Assembly: GCA_963702005.1 (NCBI GenBank)
Contig: OY969696.1
Location: 3,520,001-3,584,000, forward strand
Source: Candidatus Aminicenantes bacterium
GTDB lineage: Bacteria; Acidobacteriota; Aminicenantia; Aminicenantales; JAFGBC01
Length of the DNA: 64,000 nucleotides
Direction of reading: 5' to 3'
Shown: positions 54,151 to 64,000 of the stretch, in pieces
Layout of the letters: each line of letters starts with the position of its first letter
Numbering within the stretch: position 1 is the stretch's first letter
Translations under genes and position numbers: made by a program
Notes under the pieces: generated by a model
Database searches by the model: none
What the model saw: only the letters and a program-made list of their open reading frames with translations
Told to the model about the DNA's origin: nothing

Positions 54151-56265
54151 TCAACGCGTGAATTTTAGGACCACGGCGTCGCCGTAGAGGCGCTTCTTGG
54201 GCTGGAGGGCGTTTTTGACCGGGAAGTTCGAGCTCCAGCTTTCACCGGTCACATAGATGCCTCCCTTTCCGTCCGCGGCGATTCCGTAGAAACGGTCTAG
54301 TTCGGACCCGCCGAGACACCTGGACCCGACCAGGCTCCTCCCGTCGGGCTTAAAAACCGCCATGATTCCCTGTAATCCGGGATAGGCGGCGGGCGTTTCG
54401 AGGCCCGACACGGGAAACAGCCCGCCGTCGGAGTAGCCGGCGACACTAGCGTAGCCGAGTGGATCTACGGCAACGCCCAGCAGCCTGTCCATGTTCTTGC
54501 CGCCGATATAGGTCGAATAGACCGGGCTTTGGCCGTCGGCGGCCAGCTTGGTCAGAAACCCGTCCTCGTCCCCCCGATTCGTTTTCTGATAGGGCGTCTT
54601 GACGGGAAAATCAGCGCTCGCCGTCTCACCGGCGATATAGATCGTATCGTCCGGTCCGAGGGCGATGGATGATCCGAAATCGAGGCCCGCGCCGCCCAAG
54701 AACGAGCAGAAGTCAAACGCCTGTCCCGAGGGCGAGAGCTTGAGGAAAAAGGCATCTGAGGTTCCGCCTCCAAAGGTCTTCTGAAAAGCCTTGTGGACCG
54801 GGAATCCCTTCCCAGGGGTCTGGCCCGTCAGATAGATCTCTCCCCTCGCATTCAGGACGACGCCATTGACGTTGTCTATTCCGCCTCCGCCCAAATAGGA
54901 GGAAAAAATGAAGTCGCCGCCCTTGGGAACGATCTTCGAAACGAATCCGTCGTAGATCCCGCCGCGGAACGTCGACTGAATGGCGTTCTTAACCGGAAAC
55001 CCCTTGCCGCAGCTGCCGACGACGACGGCGTTTCCATCCCCGTCGGCGGCGATTCCGTAGCCGAAATCCTGGTCGGGCCCTCCGAGGAAGGTCGAATAGA
55101 CGAGGCCCTTCCCATCCTTGGTCAACCTCAGGGCGAAGGCGTCGGAGCGTTCGTTCAGGATCTCGTCCTGGATCGGATTCTTGAGGGGAAAATTGGGGCT
55201 CTCGGTCTCCCCGGCCAGGTAAATCGAGCCGTCCTTGCCCAAGGCGATCGCTCTGCCGGCGTCGATTCGGGATCCGCCGATATAAGTGGAAAAAACCAGG
55301 CTTTTTCCGCCCGGGGCGAACTTGGTCAGGAAGATATCCCATAAACCGCCGCCGTTGCCGGTCTGGCGGGCGCTTTTAACCGGAAAATCGGTGCTGTCGG
55401 TCATGCCCGTGACATAGAGAGCCCCTTGGGCATCCACGGCTAAAGCCCTGCCCCAATCCTTGCCGCTCCCTCCCAGGAATGTCGAAAAAGCAAGGACTAG
55501 AGGATCAATGAAGAGGTCGCGGCCGGGGTCATAGACGCCGATTCGGAACCCGTATTCGCCGGGACCGGCTTCGACAAACGCGGCTTCAACGTGGACTTTG
55601 CGGCCGTCCACGACCTGGAAGCTGTCGGGCCGGCGGTGGACGATTGTTCCGCAGCCTGTCTCGACGACAAGGTTTCCGTCGGCATCGATCCGCGTCTTCT
55701 CGAAGTCCCGGTAGGCGAAGCGAATATCCCCGATCCTCCCGCCGGGATGGACGACCCAGTCGTACTCGATCTCCCTCTCGATGCCGTAAACTTTGAGGTC
55801 GATTCGATCATAGAGCCCCTCGTAAACAACCGCCCGGGATGTCGGCAGGTCGACCTTCCAACGGGCCGGATCGTCCCCGATAAGATAGTTGACCCTGAAA
55901 TCGGACGGATCAACGGCCTTGACGGCGGGCGCCGGATTCGCATTCAAGAACGCAAGCATGGAAACGGCGCTCCGCACGTCATGGATATCGGCTCCGCGGC
56001 CGGCCCAAGATTCGAACACCAACCCCGATCCGGTCAGCCACAGCCTATAGGACGAGGCGTCGGCATAGAAGAGGGCTTGGCCGTCGACTTGGCCCTGATT
56101 CTGAATGAAGTAGAGCGGGACGTCCCCAAAATCCGGCTGCCGAGCGGGGTTCGGCGGCAGAGGGCCATTCGAAGCCGGTCGCCAAGGCCCCGGCCTTTGT
56201 TCGGCCGAACCGGCCATTAGCAGGAAAAGAGCCAGGATCGGAAGAAGCCGCACCTTCTTTTTCAT
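54151..56265 (-). CDS. Secreted SBBP-repeat (beta-propeller) protein
   Basis: FIQNQGQ, VNYLIG, IDPLV; repeated STFLGGSxxD and YVTGxTxSxDFP. Confidence 0.88.
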   Translation of the reverse strand: MKKKVRLLPILALFLLMAGSAEQRPGPWRPASNGPLPPNPARQPDFGDVPLYFIQNQGQVDGQALFYADASSYRLWLTGSGLVFESWAGRGADIHDVRSAVSMLAFLNANPAPAVKAVDPSDFRVNYLIGDDPARWKVDLPTSRAVVYEGLYDRIDLKVYGIEREIEYDWVVHPGGRIGDIRFAYRDFEKTRIDADGNLVVETGCGTIVHRRPDSFQVVDGRKVHVEAAFVEAGPGEYGFRIGVYDPGRDLFIDPLVLAFSTFLGGSGKDWGRALAVDAQGALYVTGMTDSTDFPVKSARQTGNGGGLWDIFLTKFAPGGKSLVFSTYIGGSRIDAGRAIALGKDGSIYLAGETESPNFPLKNPIQDEILNERSDAFALRLTKDGKGLVYSTFLGGPDQDFGYGIAADGDGNAVVVGSCGKGFPVKNAIQSTFRGGIYDGFVSKIVPKGGDFIFSSYLGGGGIDNVNGVVLNARGEIYLTGQTPGKGFPVHKAFQKTFGGGTSDAFFLKLSPSGQAFDFCSFLGGAGLDFGSSIALGPDDTIYIAGETASADFPVKTPYQKTNRGDEDGFLTKLAADGQSPVYSTYIGGKNMDRLLGVAVDPLGYASVAGYSDGGLFPVSGLETPAAYPGLQGIMAVFKPDGRSLVGSRCLGGSELDRFYGIAADGKGGIYVTGESWSSNFPVKNALQPKKRLYGDAVVLKFTR

Positions 56266-56352
56266 GAACCCCTCCACGACGAGCACTTCCTGGCGCTTTG
56301 GACGGACGCCGATCCCCGCCGGCCCGAGGTCGAGGACGCCCGGAGGCCCCGG

Positions 56353-56769
56353 TCAACCCTTCCAGAGGCCGAGCTGGACGAACAGGTCCATGCCGTCCCA
56401 TTCGCCCCAGCGCTCGACGACCTTGTCGTTCTCGATTCTGAGGATCTCGATGCCGCGAAAGGCGATCCGCCGTCCCGAGGGGGAAACGCCCAGATATTCG
56501 CCGACATGGGTACCGGTCGCCGCCCAGAGAATGGTGACCTTGCCGGCCGCCTCGTCGATGGCTAGCTCCTCGGTCGCCGCATAAAAATCGGGGAACGCTT
56601 TGTAATGGCTCCTGACCCCTGACTTGAACCCCTCGTTGTCGGCGTTCCGGCTGCCGGGGCTGTGATCGATGAAGCCTGGGGCATGGAGATTGTCGACGGC
56701 CTCGGCGTTCCCGTTTTGCCAGAGCTCGACCATCCAGCGCAGCGCGATCGCCCTCAGCTCTTTTCTCAT
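56353..56769 (-). CDS. SnoaL-like ester cyclase family protein
   Basis: AFPDF, GTHVGEYLGVSPSGR, KVVERW. Confidence 0.88.
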   Translation of the reverse strand: MRKELRAIALRWMVELWQNGNAEAVDNLHAPGFIDHSPGSRNADNEGFKSGVRSHYKAFPDFYAATEELAIDEAAGKVTILWAATGTHVGEYLGVSPSGRRIAFRGIEILRIENDKVVERWGEWDGMDLFVQLGLWKG

Positions 56770-57290
56770 CTCAATAACGTCCTGACCGCCGAAGGGATGC
56801 GTCGTCGAAGCCCGGGGAAGACCTCCACCAGCCGCATGATATCAGCCAGATCTTTCTGTCTCTTGCTTTTGCGGCGCGTCTCGTCCAGGAAGGCCCAGAC
56901 CTTGCCCTTCAAAACATCCTCAACGGCCGCGACTTTCATCCGATATCCGAGCACATTTTTAAGCTCGGCGCGAGGAATAAAATCTTGGTAGCGGGCGTCG
57001 GTTTGAAGCTGGATGCGAAGATCGGATCCGGCCTTTGCTAAATTCAGACTGTGCTCGAACGGCTCGACCTTGAAACCCCTTTTTAGGGCGGTACTCCGCA
57101 CTCTATTAAGGTAATCCGCGGCGACGACGACATCGAGGTCGAGGCTGACCACGGGTTCGACGTAGGCGTTGACGGCCAACCCACCGATGACGCAATAATC
57201 CGATTTCATCGCCCTGAGGAAAGCCAGGAATTCCTTCAGGATATCGACCCTGCCGTTGACGACAGCGTTGAAGAAGTTTTTGCCGGTCAT
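56766..57290 (-). CDS. Nucleotidyltransferase-fold protein
   Basis: VIGGLAVNAY...SLDLD; KRQKDLADI. Confidence 0.75.
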   Translation of the reverse strand: MTGKNFFNAVVNGRVDILKEFLAFLRAMKSDYCVIGGLAVNAYVEPVVSLDLDVVVAADYLNRVRSTALKRGFKVEPFEHSLNLAKAGSDLRIQLQTDARYQDFIPRAELKNVLGYRMKVAAVEDVLKGKVWAFLDETRRKSKRQKDLADIMRLVEVFPGLRRRIPSAVRTLLR

Positions 57291-57344
57291 TTCCCAGCGC
57301 CTCTAATCGTTCCTACTGTATTATACAATATTTTTCCTGCTTCA

Positions 57345-57472
57345 CTGAAGCTCCACGGACTTACGTCCGTGGGATCTACACTTTGCAGGCGTTGGAGCGC
57401 CGGTCCCCGAAGCGGGGAATTCGCTATTCCTCCACGGACTAACGTCCGTGGAATCCCGCGAAGGGGATTAAA
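57345..57472. repeat. Palindromic MITE-like unit, copy B
   Basis: Two CCACGGAC-N4-GTCCGTGG hairpins plus blocks shared with 53094-53195. Confidence 0.7.
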
Positions 57473-57542
57473 AAGGAGCTGCTTTTTCATTTCGTTTTTT
57501 TCTGGCAACTCATTATATTTTTTCCATCTGTTAAGTAAAGAT

Positions 57543-58123
57543 CCCCGCGGCAAGCCGCGGGGCATTAGGAGCGCAGCTTCAAGGCCAGCTGCGCAGGCCC
57601 TTGCTCCAGTTCTCGGTGACTGACGATGTACTTCGCGATCACATCCCTCGTCATCCGGTCTCCGACCGTCCTTGCGAAATATCCGTCCTCCCACACTTCC
57701 CCGCCCCACAGCTTCTTTTTCAAGCCCGCAAACTCGCGAAACAACCCCCTCCCACTCATGCTCTTTATGATCCTGACGACCTCCCCGATCGATCGCGATG
57801 GCGGAAATGATACTAGCAAATGAATATGATCTTCGGTAATTTCCATCTCGATGATTTCAATATCGTACGATTCGCAAATCTCTCCCACGATCTGTTTCGC
57901 TCGTTCCCGGACTTCCACCCGCTCGAATATCTTCTTCCGGTACTTCGGACACCAGACCAGATGGTAGGACGTGTCGTAGACCGAATGACTCGTCCGTTTC
58001 AGCGTCACCCATATACTTTACCACACTCCCGAGCAAGGGCCTTTGTGGATAAGGGGGACTTTCCGGTCCCCCTTATCACCCCCTCGGCAAGGCATACATT
58101 CCACCCCGTGGCAAGCCACGGGG
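57543..58123 (-). mobile_element. IS200-type insertion sequence (tnpA only)
   Basis: Matching subterminal hairpins CCCCGYGGCAAGCCRCGGGG at 57543-57562 and 58104-58123 flank tnpA. Confidence 0.88.
57565..58008 (-). CDS. tnpA: IS200/IS605 Y1 transposase
   Basis: YHLVWCPKYR, DHIH (HUH), LWGGEVWEDGYF, catalytic KYI. Confidence 0.95.
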   Translation of the reverse strand: MTLKRTSHSVYDTSYHLVWCPKYRKKIFERVEVRERAKQIVGEICESYDIEIIEMEITEDHIHLLVSFPPSRSIGEVVRIIKSMSGRGLFREFAGLKKKLWGGEVWEDGYFARTVGDRMTRDVIAKYIVSHRELEQGPAQLALKLRS

Positions 58124-58187
58124 CAGCCTGTAAAGCTTTCGTGCTCAAAAATGGATAAGCTTCGCCTTTTTATGATATTCTTAGCCC

Positions 58188-59387
58188 ATGCGTTACGTCT
58201 ATTTCCAGGCGACGGCCGGCCTGAGCGGCGACATGATCCTCGCCTCGCTCCTCGACCTGGGCGTCCCGCCCGCGCTGTTCAAACGGCGGATGGCCGCCCT
58301 TAAGCTCCCGGTCCGGATCGAGGCCAAGGATGTCCGGCGCGGCGCCCTGCGCGGCCTCAAGGTCGACGTCGAAGTCCGTCGCCGCGCCCACGGGAGGACC
58401 TGGGATGACGTCGCCTCTTTTATCCGCAAGATCCCTTTTTCCGCCGCGATCAGGGATAACGCCCTGTCCATCTTCAAGCGCTTGTTCGAAGCCGAGGCCA
58501 AGGTCCACGGCGGGCCTTTCCGGAAGATCCACCTTCATGAGGCCGGGGCCGACGACGCCCTGATCGATATCATCGGGACCTGCGTCCTCCTCGAAGAACT
58601 TGATATCCGCGCGATCTATTGCTCGCCCTTGAACGTGGGCAGCGGCTGGGTCAAGACCTCGCACGGCGTCCTTCCCGTCCCCCCGCCCGCGGTCGCCGAG
58701 CTTCTCAAGAACGCGCCCGTCTACTCCGCCCACGCCGCCGAGGAGCTTGTGACGCCGACCGGCGCCGCGATCGTCTCCACCCTGGCCCGGGCCTACCTCC
58801 CCTTCCCCGAGCTTGTCTATGACAGGATCGGGTACGGCGCGGGCGGCCGCGACCTCCGTGAGCTTCCCAACATCCTGCGCGCCTACGCCGGCGACCTCGC
58901 CCGGTTTCAGCCCCGCAAGCAGATTTACCTCGTCGAGGCGACCGTGGACGACGCGACCCCCCAGCTTCTCGCCCACTTCCTGGACGAAGCCCTCCGCCTG
59001 GGCGCCCTCGACGCGACCCTCTCCCCCGTCGTCATGAAGAAGAACCGGCTGGGGACAAAATTGACGCTCCTCGCCCCCCTTGATAAAATAGACTGCCTGA
59101 TCGACGCCGTCTTCAGAGAAACGACGACGATCGGCGTCCGGTACTTTCCGGTCGAACGGAGGGTTCTGGAGCGGGAGTTCCACCAAGTCCGGGTGAGCGG
59201 CGGGGAGATCGGAATCAAGGTCTCCCGACTTGAGGGGAAACCCGTCAACGTCCAGCCCGAGTATGCCGACTGCGTCAAGGCCGCCAAGGCGAGCGGCCTC
59301 CCGCTCAAGGACGTCATCCGAGCCGCCCTCGGCGCCTACGAACAAGCTCAAGGGAAAAAGCAGGCCGACAAGGACAAACGATCGTGA
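58188..59387 (+). CDS. larC: Nickel-pincer cofactor biosynthesis protein LarC
   Basis: [47 protein letters not shown]. Confidence 0.92.
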   Translation: MRYVYFQATAGLSGDMILASLLDLGVPPALFKRRMAALKLPVRIEAKDVRRGALRGLKVDVEVRRRAHGRTWDDVASFIRKIPFSAAIRDNALSIFKRLFEAEAKVHGGPFRKIHLHEAGADDALIDIIGTCVLLEELDIRAIYCSPLNVGSGWVKTSHGVLPVPPPAVAELLKNAPVYSAHAAEELVTPTGAAIVSTLARAYLPFPELVYDRIGYGAGGRDLRELPNILRAYAGDLARFQPRKQIYLVEATVDDATPQLLAHFLDEALRLGALDATLSPVVMKKNRLGTKLTLLAPLDKIDCLIDAVFRETTTIGVRYFPVERRVLEREFHQVRVSGGEIGIKVSRLEGKPVNVQPEYADCVKAAKASGLPLKDVIRAALGAYEQAQGKKQADKDKRS

Positions 59388-59995
59388 AACCGAAAAAGAC
59401 CCCGAAGAAAACGATGGACCTCGGGCGGATCGAGCGCGGGGTCCGTCTCATCCTCGAGGGCGTCGGCGAGGACGCCGAGCGGCTCGGCATCAAGGCCACT
59501 CCCCAGCGCGTCGCCCAGATGTTCGAGGAGATCCTGGGCGGGACCAACGAGGACCCGGCCGCCGAACTCTCCGTCATCGAAAGCGAGCGGCACGACGAAA
59601 TGGTCCTGATCCGGAATATACCCCTCTACTCGATGTGCGAGCACCACCTCCTCCCCTTCGCCGGGGTCGCCCACGTCGCCTACATCCCCCAGGGCGGCCG
59701 GATCGTCGGCCTGAGCAAGATCGCCCGGGTCATCGACGTTTTCTCGCGCCGCCTCCAGGTCCAGGAGAGGCTGACTAAACAGATCGCCGACCTCCTCGAC
59801 GAACGGCTCCATCCCCTGGGCGTCATGGTCGTCATCGAGGCCGAGCATATGTGCATGTCGATGAGGGGAGCCAAGAAGCCGAGGTCGATCACGGTCACCT
59901 CGGCCGTCCGGGGCTCGTTCCGGACCAAACCGGCCACCCGGGCCGAGGCGATGATGCTGATCCGCGGAGGGCTGACCGGTGGCAAAGAACTCTGA
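59384..59995 (+). CDS. folE: GTP cyclohydrolase I
   Basis: [38 protein letters not shown]. Confidence 0.96.
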   Translation: MKPKKTPKKTMDLGRIERGVRLILEGVGEDAERLGIKATPQRVAQMFEEILGGTNEDPAAELSVIESERHDEMVLIRNIPLYSMCEHHLLPFAGVAHVAYIPQGGRIVGLSKIARVIDVFSRRLQVQERLTKQIADLLDERLHPLGVMVVIEAEHMCMSMRGAKKPRSITVTSAVRGSFRTKPATRAEAMMLIRGGLTGGKEL

Positions 59996-61949
59996 GAGCG
60001 CCGGGACGTTCTACGTCTCGACGCCGATCTACTACGTCAACGACGTCCCCCATATCGGTCACGCCTACACGACGATCATCGCCGACGCCCTGGCCCGCTT
60101 CCAGAAGCTCCGGGGCCGGGAGGTCTTCTTCCTGACCGGGACGGACGAGCACGGACAGAAGATCGAGAAGGCCGCGGCCGAGAAAGGGCTGACCCCGATC
60201 GAGCTCGCCGACAAGGTCGTGGGCCGGATCCTGGACCTCTGGAAGACGCTGAACATCGACTACGATTTTTTCATTAGGACGACCATGGACTTTCACGAAC
60301 GGGGCGTCCAGCAGCTCTTCCAGAGGCTCCTCGACAAAGGCGACATCTATAAGGGAACCTATAAAGGCTGGTACTGCGTCGCTGAAGAGAACTTCCTGGC
60401 CGACGACGTCCCGCTCGAGCCGGACGGGACCAAGATCTGCCCCGATTGCGGCCGCAAGGCCGGCGTCGTATCCGAGGAATCCTATTTTTTCAGGCTGTCG
60501 GCCTACCGGCAACCGCTCCTCGACACCTACGCCGCGAACCCGGCCTTCGTCCGGCCGCCCAGCCGGATGAACGAGGTCGCGAGCTTCGTCCGCCAGGGGC
60601 TCAAAGACCTTAGCATCACGCGGACGACCGTCAAGTGGGGCATCCCGGTCCCGGGCGACCCCAAGCACACGATCTACGTCTGGTTCGACGCGCTCAATAA
60701 CTACCTGACCGGCGTCGGCTACGGCTGGAAGCCCGAGCTCTGCGATAAGTTCTGGCCCGCCGACCTCCACCTCATCGGCAAGGACATCCTCCGCTTCCAC
60801 GCCATCTTCTGGCCGGCCTTCCTGATGGCAGGCGGCTTTCCCCTCCCCAAATGCGTCTTCGGCCACGGCTGGTGGCTCAAGGACGAGGCCAAAATGTCCA
60901 AGAGCAAGGGGAACGTCCTCGACCCCTACCAAATCCTGAGCGTGTTCGGTCCCGACGCCCTCCGCTATTTTCTGCTTCGCGAAGTCCCGATCGGGCTCGA
61001 CGGCAATTTCTCCCACGAGGGCTTCGTCAACCGCGTCAATTCCGACCTGGCCAACGACCTCGGGAACCTCGTCCAGCGGACCCTGACCATGATCCGGAAT
61101 TACTTCGGGGGAAAAATCGGGGAATGCGGGAGCGAGGCCGAAGAGGACGCCAAGCTCAGGGTCGAGTTCGGGGCGCTCAAGCCGCGCGTCTTAGAGCTCT
61201 ACGACGAATACGCGATCAATAAAGCGCTCGAGGAGATATGGGCGTACCTCAACGCGGTCAACAAGTACCTGGCCGATCGCGAGCCCTGGAAGATCGCCAA
61301 GGACCCGGCCCAAAAGCCCCGGCTGGCGCGGGTTTTATACCAGGCGACCGCCGCCGTCCGCGCCATTTCCTACCTGCTTTATCCGGTGATGCCCAAGACG
61401 GCGGAGAAGGTCTGGGATTTTTTGGGCGAGAAGAAGCCTCCGTCATCCGTTTGTTTCGGGGATCTCGCCTTCGAGGACTGGAAGGCCGAGCAGGAGATCA
61501 AGGAGCCGCAGCCTCTCTTCCCCCGGGTCGCTCTCAAGGACTTCCTGGGCGAGGAGCAGGCCCGGACGGAGAATGCTCCGGCACCGCCCCAAGCGGCGCC
61601 GGCTAAAAAGGAGACAACCATGGACCAGATCGGCTACGAAGAGTTCCAGAAGATGGACTTCAAGGTCGGCAAGATCGTCAAGGCCGAGCGGGTGGCGGGC
61701 GCCAACAAGCTCCTCAAGCTCGAGGTCGACCTGGGAACCGAGAAGCGGCAGATGGTGGCGGGGGTGGCCGAAACCTACGCCCCCGAGGACCTCCTCGGCA
61801 AGAGCCTCATCGTCATCGCCAACCTGAAGCCGGCCGTCATCCGCGGCGTCGAGTCCCAGGCCATGCTGCTCGCGGCCGTGTCGCCCGACGGCAAGGCCGT
61901 CATCCCCTTCTTCGACCGCGAGGTCGCCCCCGGCACCAAGGTCAAATAA
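59979..61949 (+). CDS. metG: Methionine-tRNA ligase with C-terminal OB-fold tRNA-binding domain
   Basis: [30 protein letters not shown]. Confidence 0.97.
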   Translation: MAKNSESAGTFYVSTPIYYVNDVPHIGHAYTTIIADALARFQKLRGREVFFLTGTDEHGQKIEKAAAEKGLTPIELADKVVGRILDLWKTLNIDYDFFIRTTMDFHERGVQQLFQRLLDKGDIYKGTYKGWYCVAEENFLADDVPLEPDGTKICPDCGRKAGVVSEESYFFRLSAYRQPLLDTYAANPAFVRPPSRMNEVASFVRQGLKDLSITRTTVKWGIPVPGDPKHTIYVWFDALNNYLTGVGYGWKPELCDKFWPADLHLIGKDILRFHAIFWPAFLMAGGFPLPKCVFGHGWWLKDEAKMSKSKGNVLDPYQILSVFGPDALRYFLLREVPIGLDGNFSHEGFVNRVNSDLANDLGNLVQRTLTMIRNYFGGKIGECGSEAEEDAKLRVEFGALKPRVLELYDEYAINKALEEIWAYLNAVNKYLADREPWKIAKDPAQKPRLARVLYQATAAVRAISYLLYPVMPKTAEKVWDFLGEKKPPSSVCFGDLAFEDWKAEQEIKEPQPLFPRVALKDFLGEEQARTENAPAPPQAAPAKKETTMDQIGYEEFQKMDFKVGKIVKAERVAGANKLLKLEVDLGTEKRQMVAGVAETYAPEDLLGKSLIVIANLKPAVIRGVESQAMLLAAVSPDGKAVIPFFDREVAPGTKVK

Positions 61950-62891
61950 CTATATTGTTCCTTTTAAGATTCGGGCCAGGAAGGCGAAGCAGGCCTGGGT
62001 GACCGGGTCGCCCGCCTTTCCGAACTCCAGGTTGATCTGAGCGTGGGTCTTGTTCGGAGCCGGGACGAGCTGCGTCATGATGTGCGCCTTGCCCAGGGCG
62101 TGAAAGTAAGCCTCGGATTGCTCCTTCCTCTGAGTGTCTTCCACCCCCCCGATGCCCCCGCTGTAGGCCACGATCTGAGGAGGAATGCCGCGGCCGGACT
62201 TGACATAGGCGATGGGCGAGGCGGAGGCCCAGCCGGCGGGATCGTCTCCGAACGTATAGGTATAGACTTCGGGCAGCTGGCCCCCGTATCCCTGGGCCAG
62301 GCGGGGAAGGTCATAGGCCTGGGTGTCGAGGTCGATGACGCCCAAAATATTCTTCAGGCTGAGTTTTTCGGCTTTGAGATAGGTCGAGTCGGTGGCGACG
62401 ATCGCCACGAGATGGCAGCCCGCCGAGTGCCCCATCAGGAAGATCTTCCGGGGATCCGCGAAATAGACCGAGCCATGGCTGTAGATCCAAGCGACGGCCT
62501 TGGCGATGTCATAGGCATGGGTGGGAAATTTGATTTTCGACGTCGTCAGCCTGTAATTGACCGAAACAAAAATGTAGCCCTTCGAGGTGAAGGCCGTCGG
62601 CTTGAGGTTGACCTGGCTTTTGTCGCCCATGGACCAGGCCCCGCCATGGATGTAGATCATAACGGGAAGCAAGTTCCTCGGGTTGGCGTCGTCGGGGGCG
62701 TAGATGTCCAGGCTGGTCAGGTTCAGCTTGACGCCGGGGATGTGCACGTAGGGAATATTCTTGGTGACTATCATGCCGAAAGCCGCTCCGGGCGCGCTTA
62801 AATAGGCAAACAAGGCCAGGGCGACGAGCGCCCCTGCCCTTAACAAAGCCCGTTTTGAATTCCGCCGTCTGAAAAGCCTCTCGAGGTTCAT
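61950..62891 (-). CDS. Secreted alpha/beta hydrolase (HSL-type esterase)
   Basis: IHGGAW, VNYRL, GHSAG. Confidence 0.88.
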   Translation of the reverse strand: MNLERLFRRRNSKRALLRAGALVALALFAYLSAPGAAFGMIVTKNIPYVHIPGVKLNLTSLDIYAPDDANPRNLLPVMIYIHGGAWSMGDKSQVNLKPTAFTSKGYIFVSVNYRLTTSKIKFPTHAYDIAKAVAWIYSHGSVYFADPRKIFLMGHSAGCHLVAIVATDSTYLKAEKLSLKNILGVIDLDTQAYDLPRLAQGYGGQLPEVYTYTFGDDPAGWASASPIAYVKSGRGIPPQIVAYSGGIGGVEDTQRKEQSEAYFHALGKAHIMTQLVPAPNKTHAQINLEFGKAGDPVTQACFAFLARILKGTI

Positions 62892-63017
62892 GCGTTGCCT
62901 CCTTGACCGCCTGTCTGGGCCGGCCCGGCCGCTTACCCGCGACCGGCCTCCTAAATATTAGACAACGGGAATGCCCCGGACTTTGCGGATTTTCGCCGCT
63001 TCCCGATGAGCCGGAAC

Positions 63018-63662
63018 TTAGATATATTCTTCGAGGACGGAACGGGAGATCTGGCCGTCCCGCAGAATGCGGGGTTTCTCCCCGGTCAGGTCCAGTACGG
63101 TCGTCGCGAGCAGTCCCGGCGTCCGCCCGCCGTCCACGATCAGGTCTACGAGGCCGGCGAAGGCCCGCTTGACGTCCCTGGGGTCATAAAGTTCCTTTTC
63201 ACCGGAAATATTGGCGCTCGTCGCCGTGATCGGGGCCCCGAGGGCCTTGACGACCGCCCGAATCCAATCGACCTTGGGATAACGGATGCCGATGGTCCGG
63301 TCCGGACCGAGGATGTCGTCCGGGATGCCGGGAACGGCCCGAAGAATCAGGGTCAACGGCCCCGGCCAGAACCGGGATGCGATCGCTTTAAAAGCCGGGG
63401 GAGGCGGCTCGACAATGCGCCCGAACATGGCCAGGTCCGAGACTATGACCGAGACGGGTTTCCCGGGGTCGCGGCCCTTGAGCCGGAAGACGGCCTCGAC
63501 CGCGTCCTTGATGAGGGCGTGGGCGCCCAGCCCGTAAAAGGTCTCGGTCGGAAAGGCCATCAGGCCCCCTTTGCTGAGGACACCGACGATTTTCCCGACC
63601 TTGTCCGTCTCGACACGGTCGGGATCGACCTTGAGGATCGAGGTCTGCTTGTTCCTTTGCAT
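63018..63662 (-). CDS. tsaC: L-threonylcarbamoyladenylate synthase
   Basis: FPTETFYGL, LKGR, WPGPLT, TSANISG. Confidence 0.94.
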   Translation of the reverse strand: MQRNKQTSILKVDPDRVETDKVGKIVGVLSKGGLMAFPTETFYGLGAHALIKDAVEAVFRLKGRDPGKPVSVIVSDLAMFGRIVEPPPPAFKAIASRFWPGPLTLILRAVPGIPDDILGPDRTIGIRYPKVDWIRAVVKALGAPITATSANISGEKELYDPRDVKRAFAGLVDLIVDGGRTPGLLATTVLDLTGEKPRILRDGQISRSVLEEYI

Positions 63663-63740
63663 GGGTCCTGAGCCGGCGCTATCGGCCGGTATCTACAGGC
63701 ATATTAAGGGGTGGGGGATGTAAAAGTCAACCCATCGACA

Positions 63741-63917
63741 CTTCTATGATGGCGAAACGCAAGCCCCGAGAGTCTTTTTTCTTATCTTCGTTCCTTATGG
63801 CTGCCTCGGTTTCTTGAACCACCCTTCTATCCGCGCCTCTAAGCGCACTGTAATATCCGGTCTCGGCTCCTAAACCTCATGGAGAACGCGACTCTCGCGA
63901 GTCCGTTAAGTGTCGTC
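63741..63917 (-). ncRNA. Non-coding right end of the IS110-family element, candidate bridge/seek RNA
   Basis: Enclosing GGCTGCCT/AGGCAGCC stem, GACTC-GCGA-GAGTC hairpin, short matches to the presumed element junction; end position is inferred. Confidence 0.5.
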
Positions 63918-64000
63918 CTAGGCAGCCGATCGATTCATGTCCGGGAGATACGTTCTTTTCTCGGTCAAGATGCGATAGATAATGGTCAGGAGCCGCCGCG
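63918..64000 (-). CDS. C-terminus of an IS110-family transposase (rest lies outside the window)
   Basis: Manual translation (A)RRLLTIIYRILTEKRTYLPDMNRSAA*, resembling the ARKL..I.Y..L C-terminal helix of IS110 enzymes. Confidence 0.7.
   Translation of the reverse strand, partial: RRLLTIIYRILTEKRTYLPDMNRSAA

Noticed and set aside
57287-57563. Possible tnpB or omega-RNA downstream of tnpA
   Set aside because: The right-end hairpin directly follows the tnpA stop and no RuvC-like ORF is present
58188-59387. larC without larA, larB or larE as a novel nickel system
   Set aside because: lar genes are commonly scattered around genomes; absence from this window is uninformative

Overview
GC-rich bacterial chromosome segment. 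The gene style (Oar-type TonB receptor, GWxTD and VWFA-related proteins, zinc-ribbon Ser/Thr kinase) suggests Acidobacteriota, possibly Aminicenantia; this is inference only. Housekeeping blocks (copA; yebC-ruvCAB-queA; mtnP-pfkB-tnaA; cobB; larC-folE-metG; tsaC) alternate with secreted or glycan-active proteins and a three-gene signalling cluster. A decayed accessory island spans about 3.9-13.1 kb. Mobile DNA includes an intact IS200 tnpA, two IS91-like remnants, palindromic MITE/REP-like units and the right end of an IS110-family element. Main hidden signals: (1) an unannotated, apparently leaderless Trp-Trp peptide upstream of trpB2 whose codons pair 14/15 with the trpB2 Shine-Dalgarno region, a candidate translational attenuator; (2) a structured non-coding end of the IS110 element with short matches to its own junction, a candidate bridge/seek RNA; (3) a Hanks kinase fused to tandem ACT-like domains; (4) a half tRNA-Arg(CCG) att scar; (5) a LacI gene that appears to need an ATT start. 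No CRISPR array, rRNA or intact tRNA was seen. All calls come from reading the sequence by eye; no searches were run.
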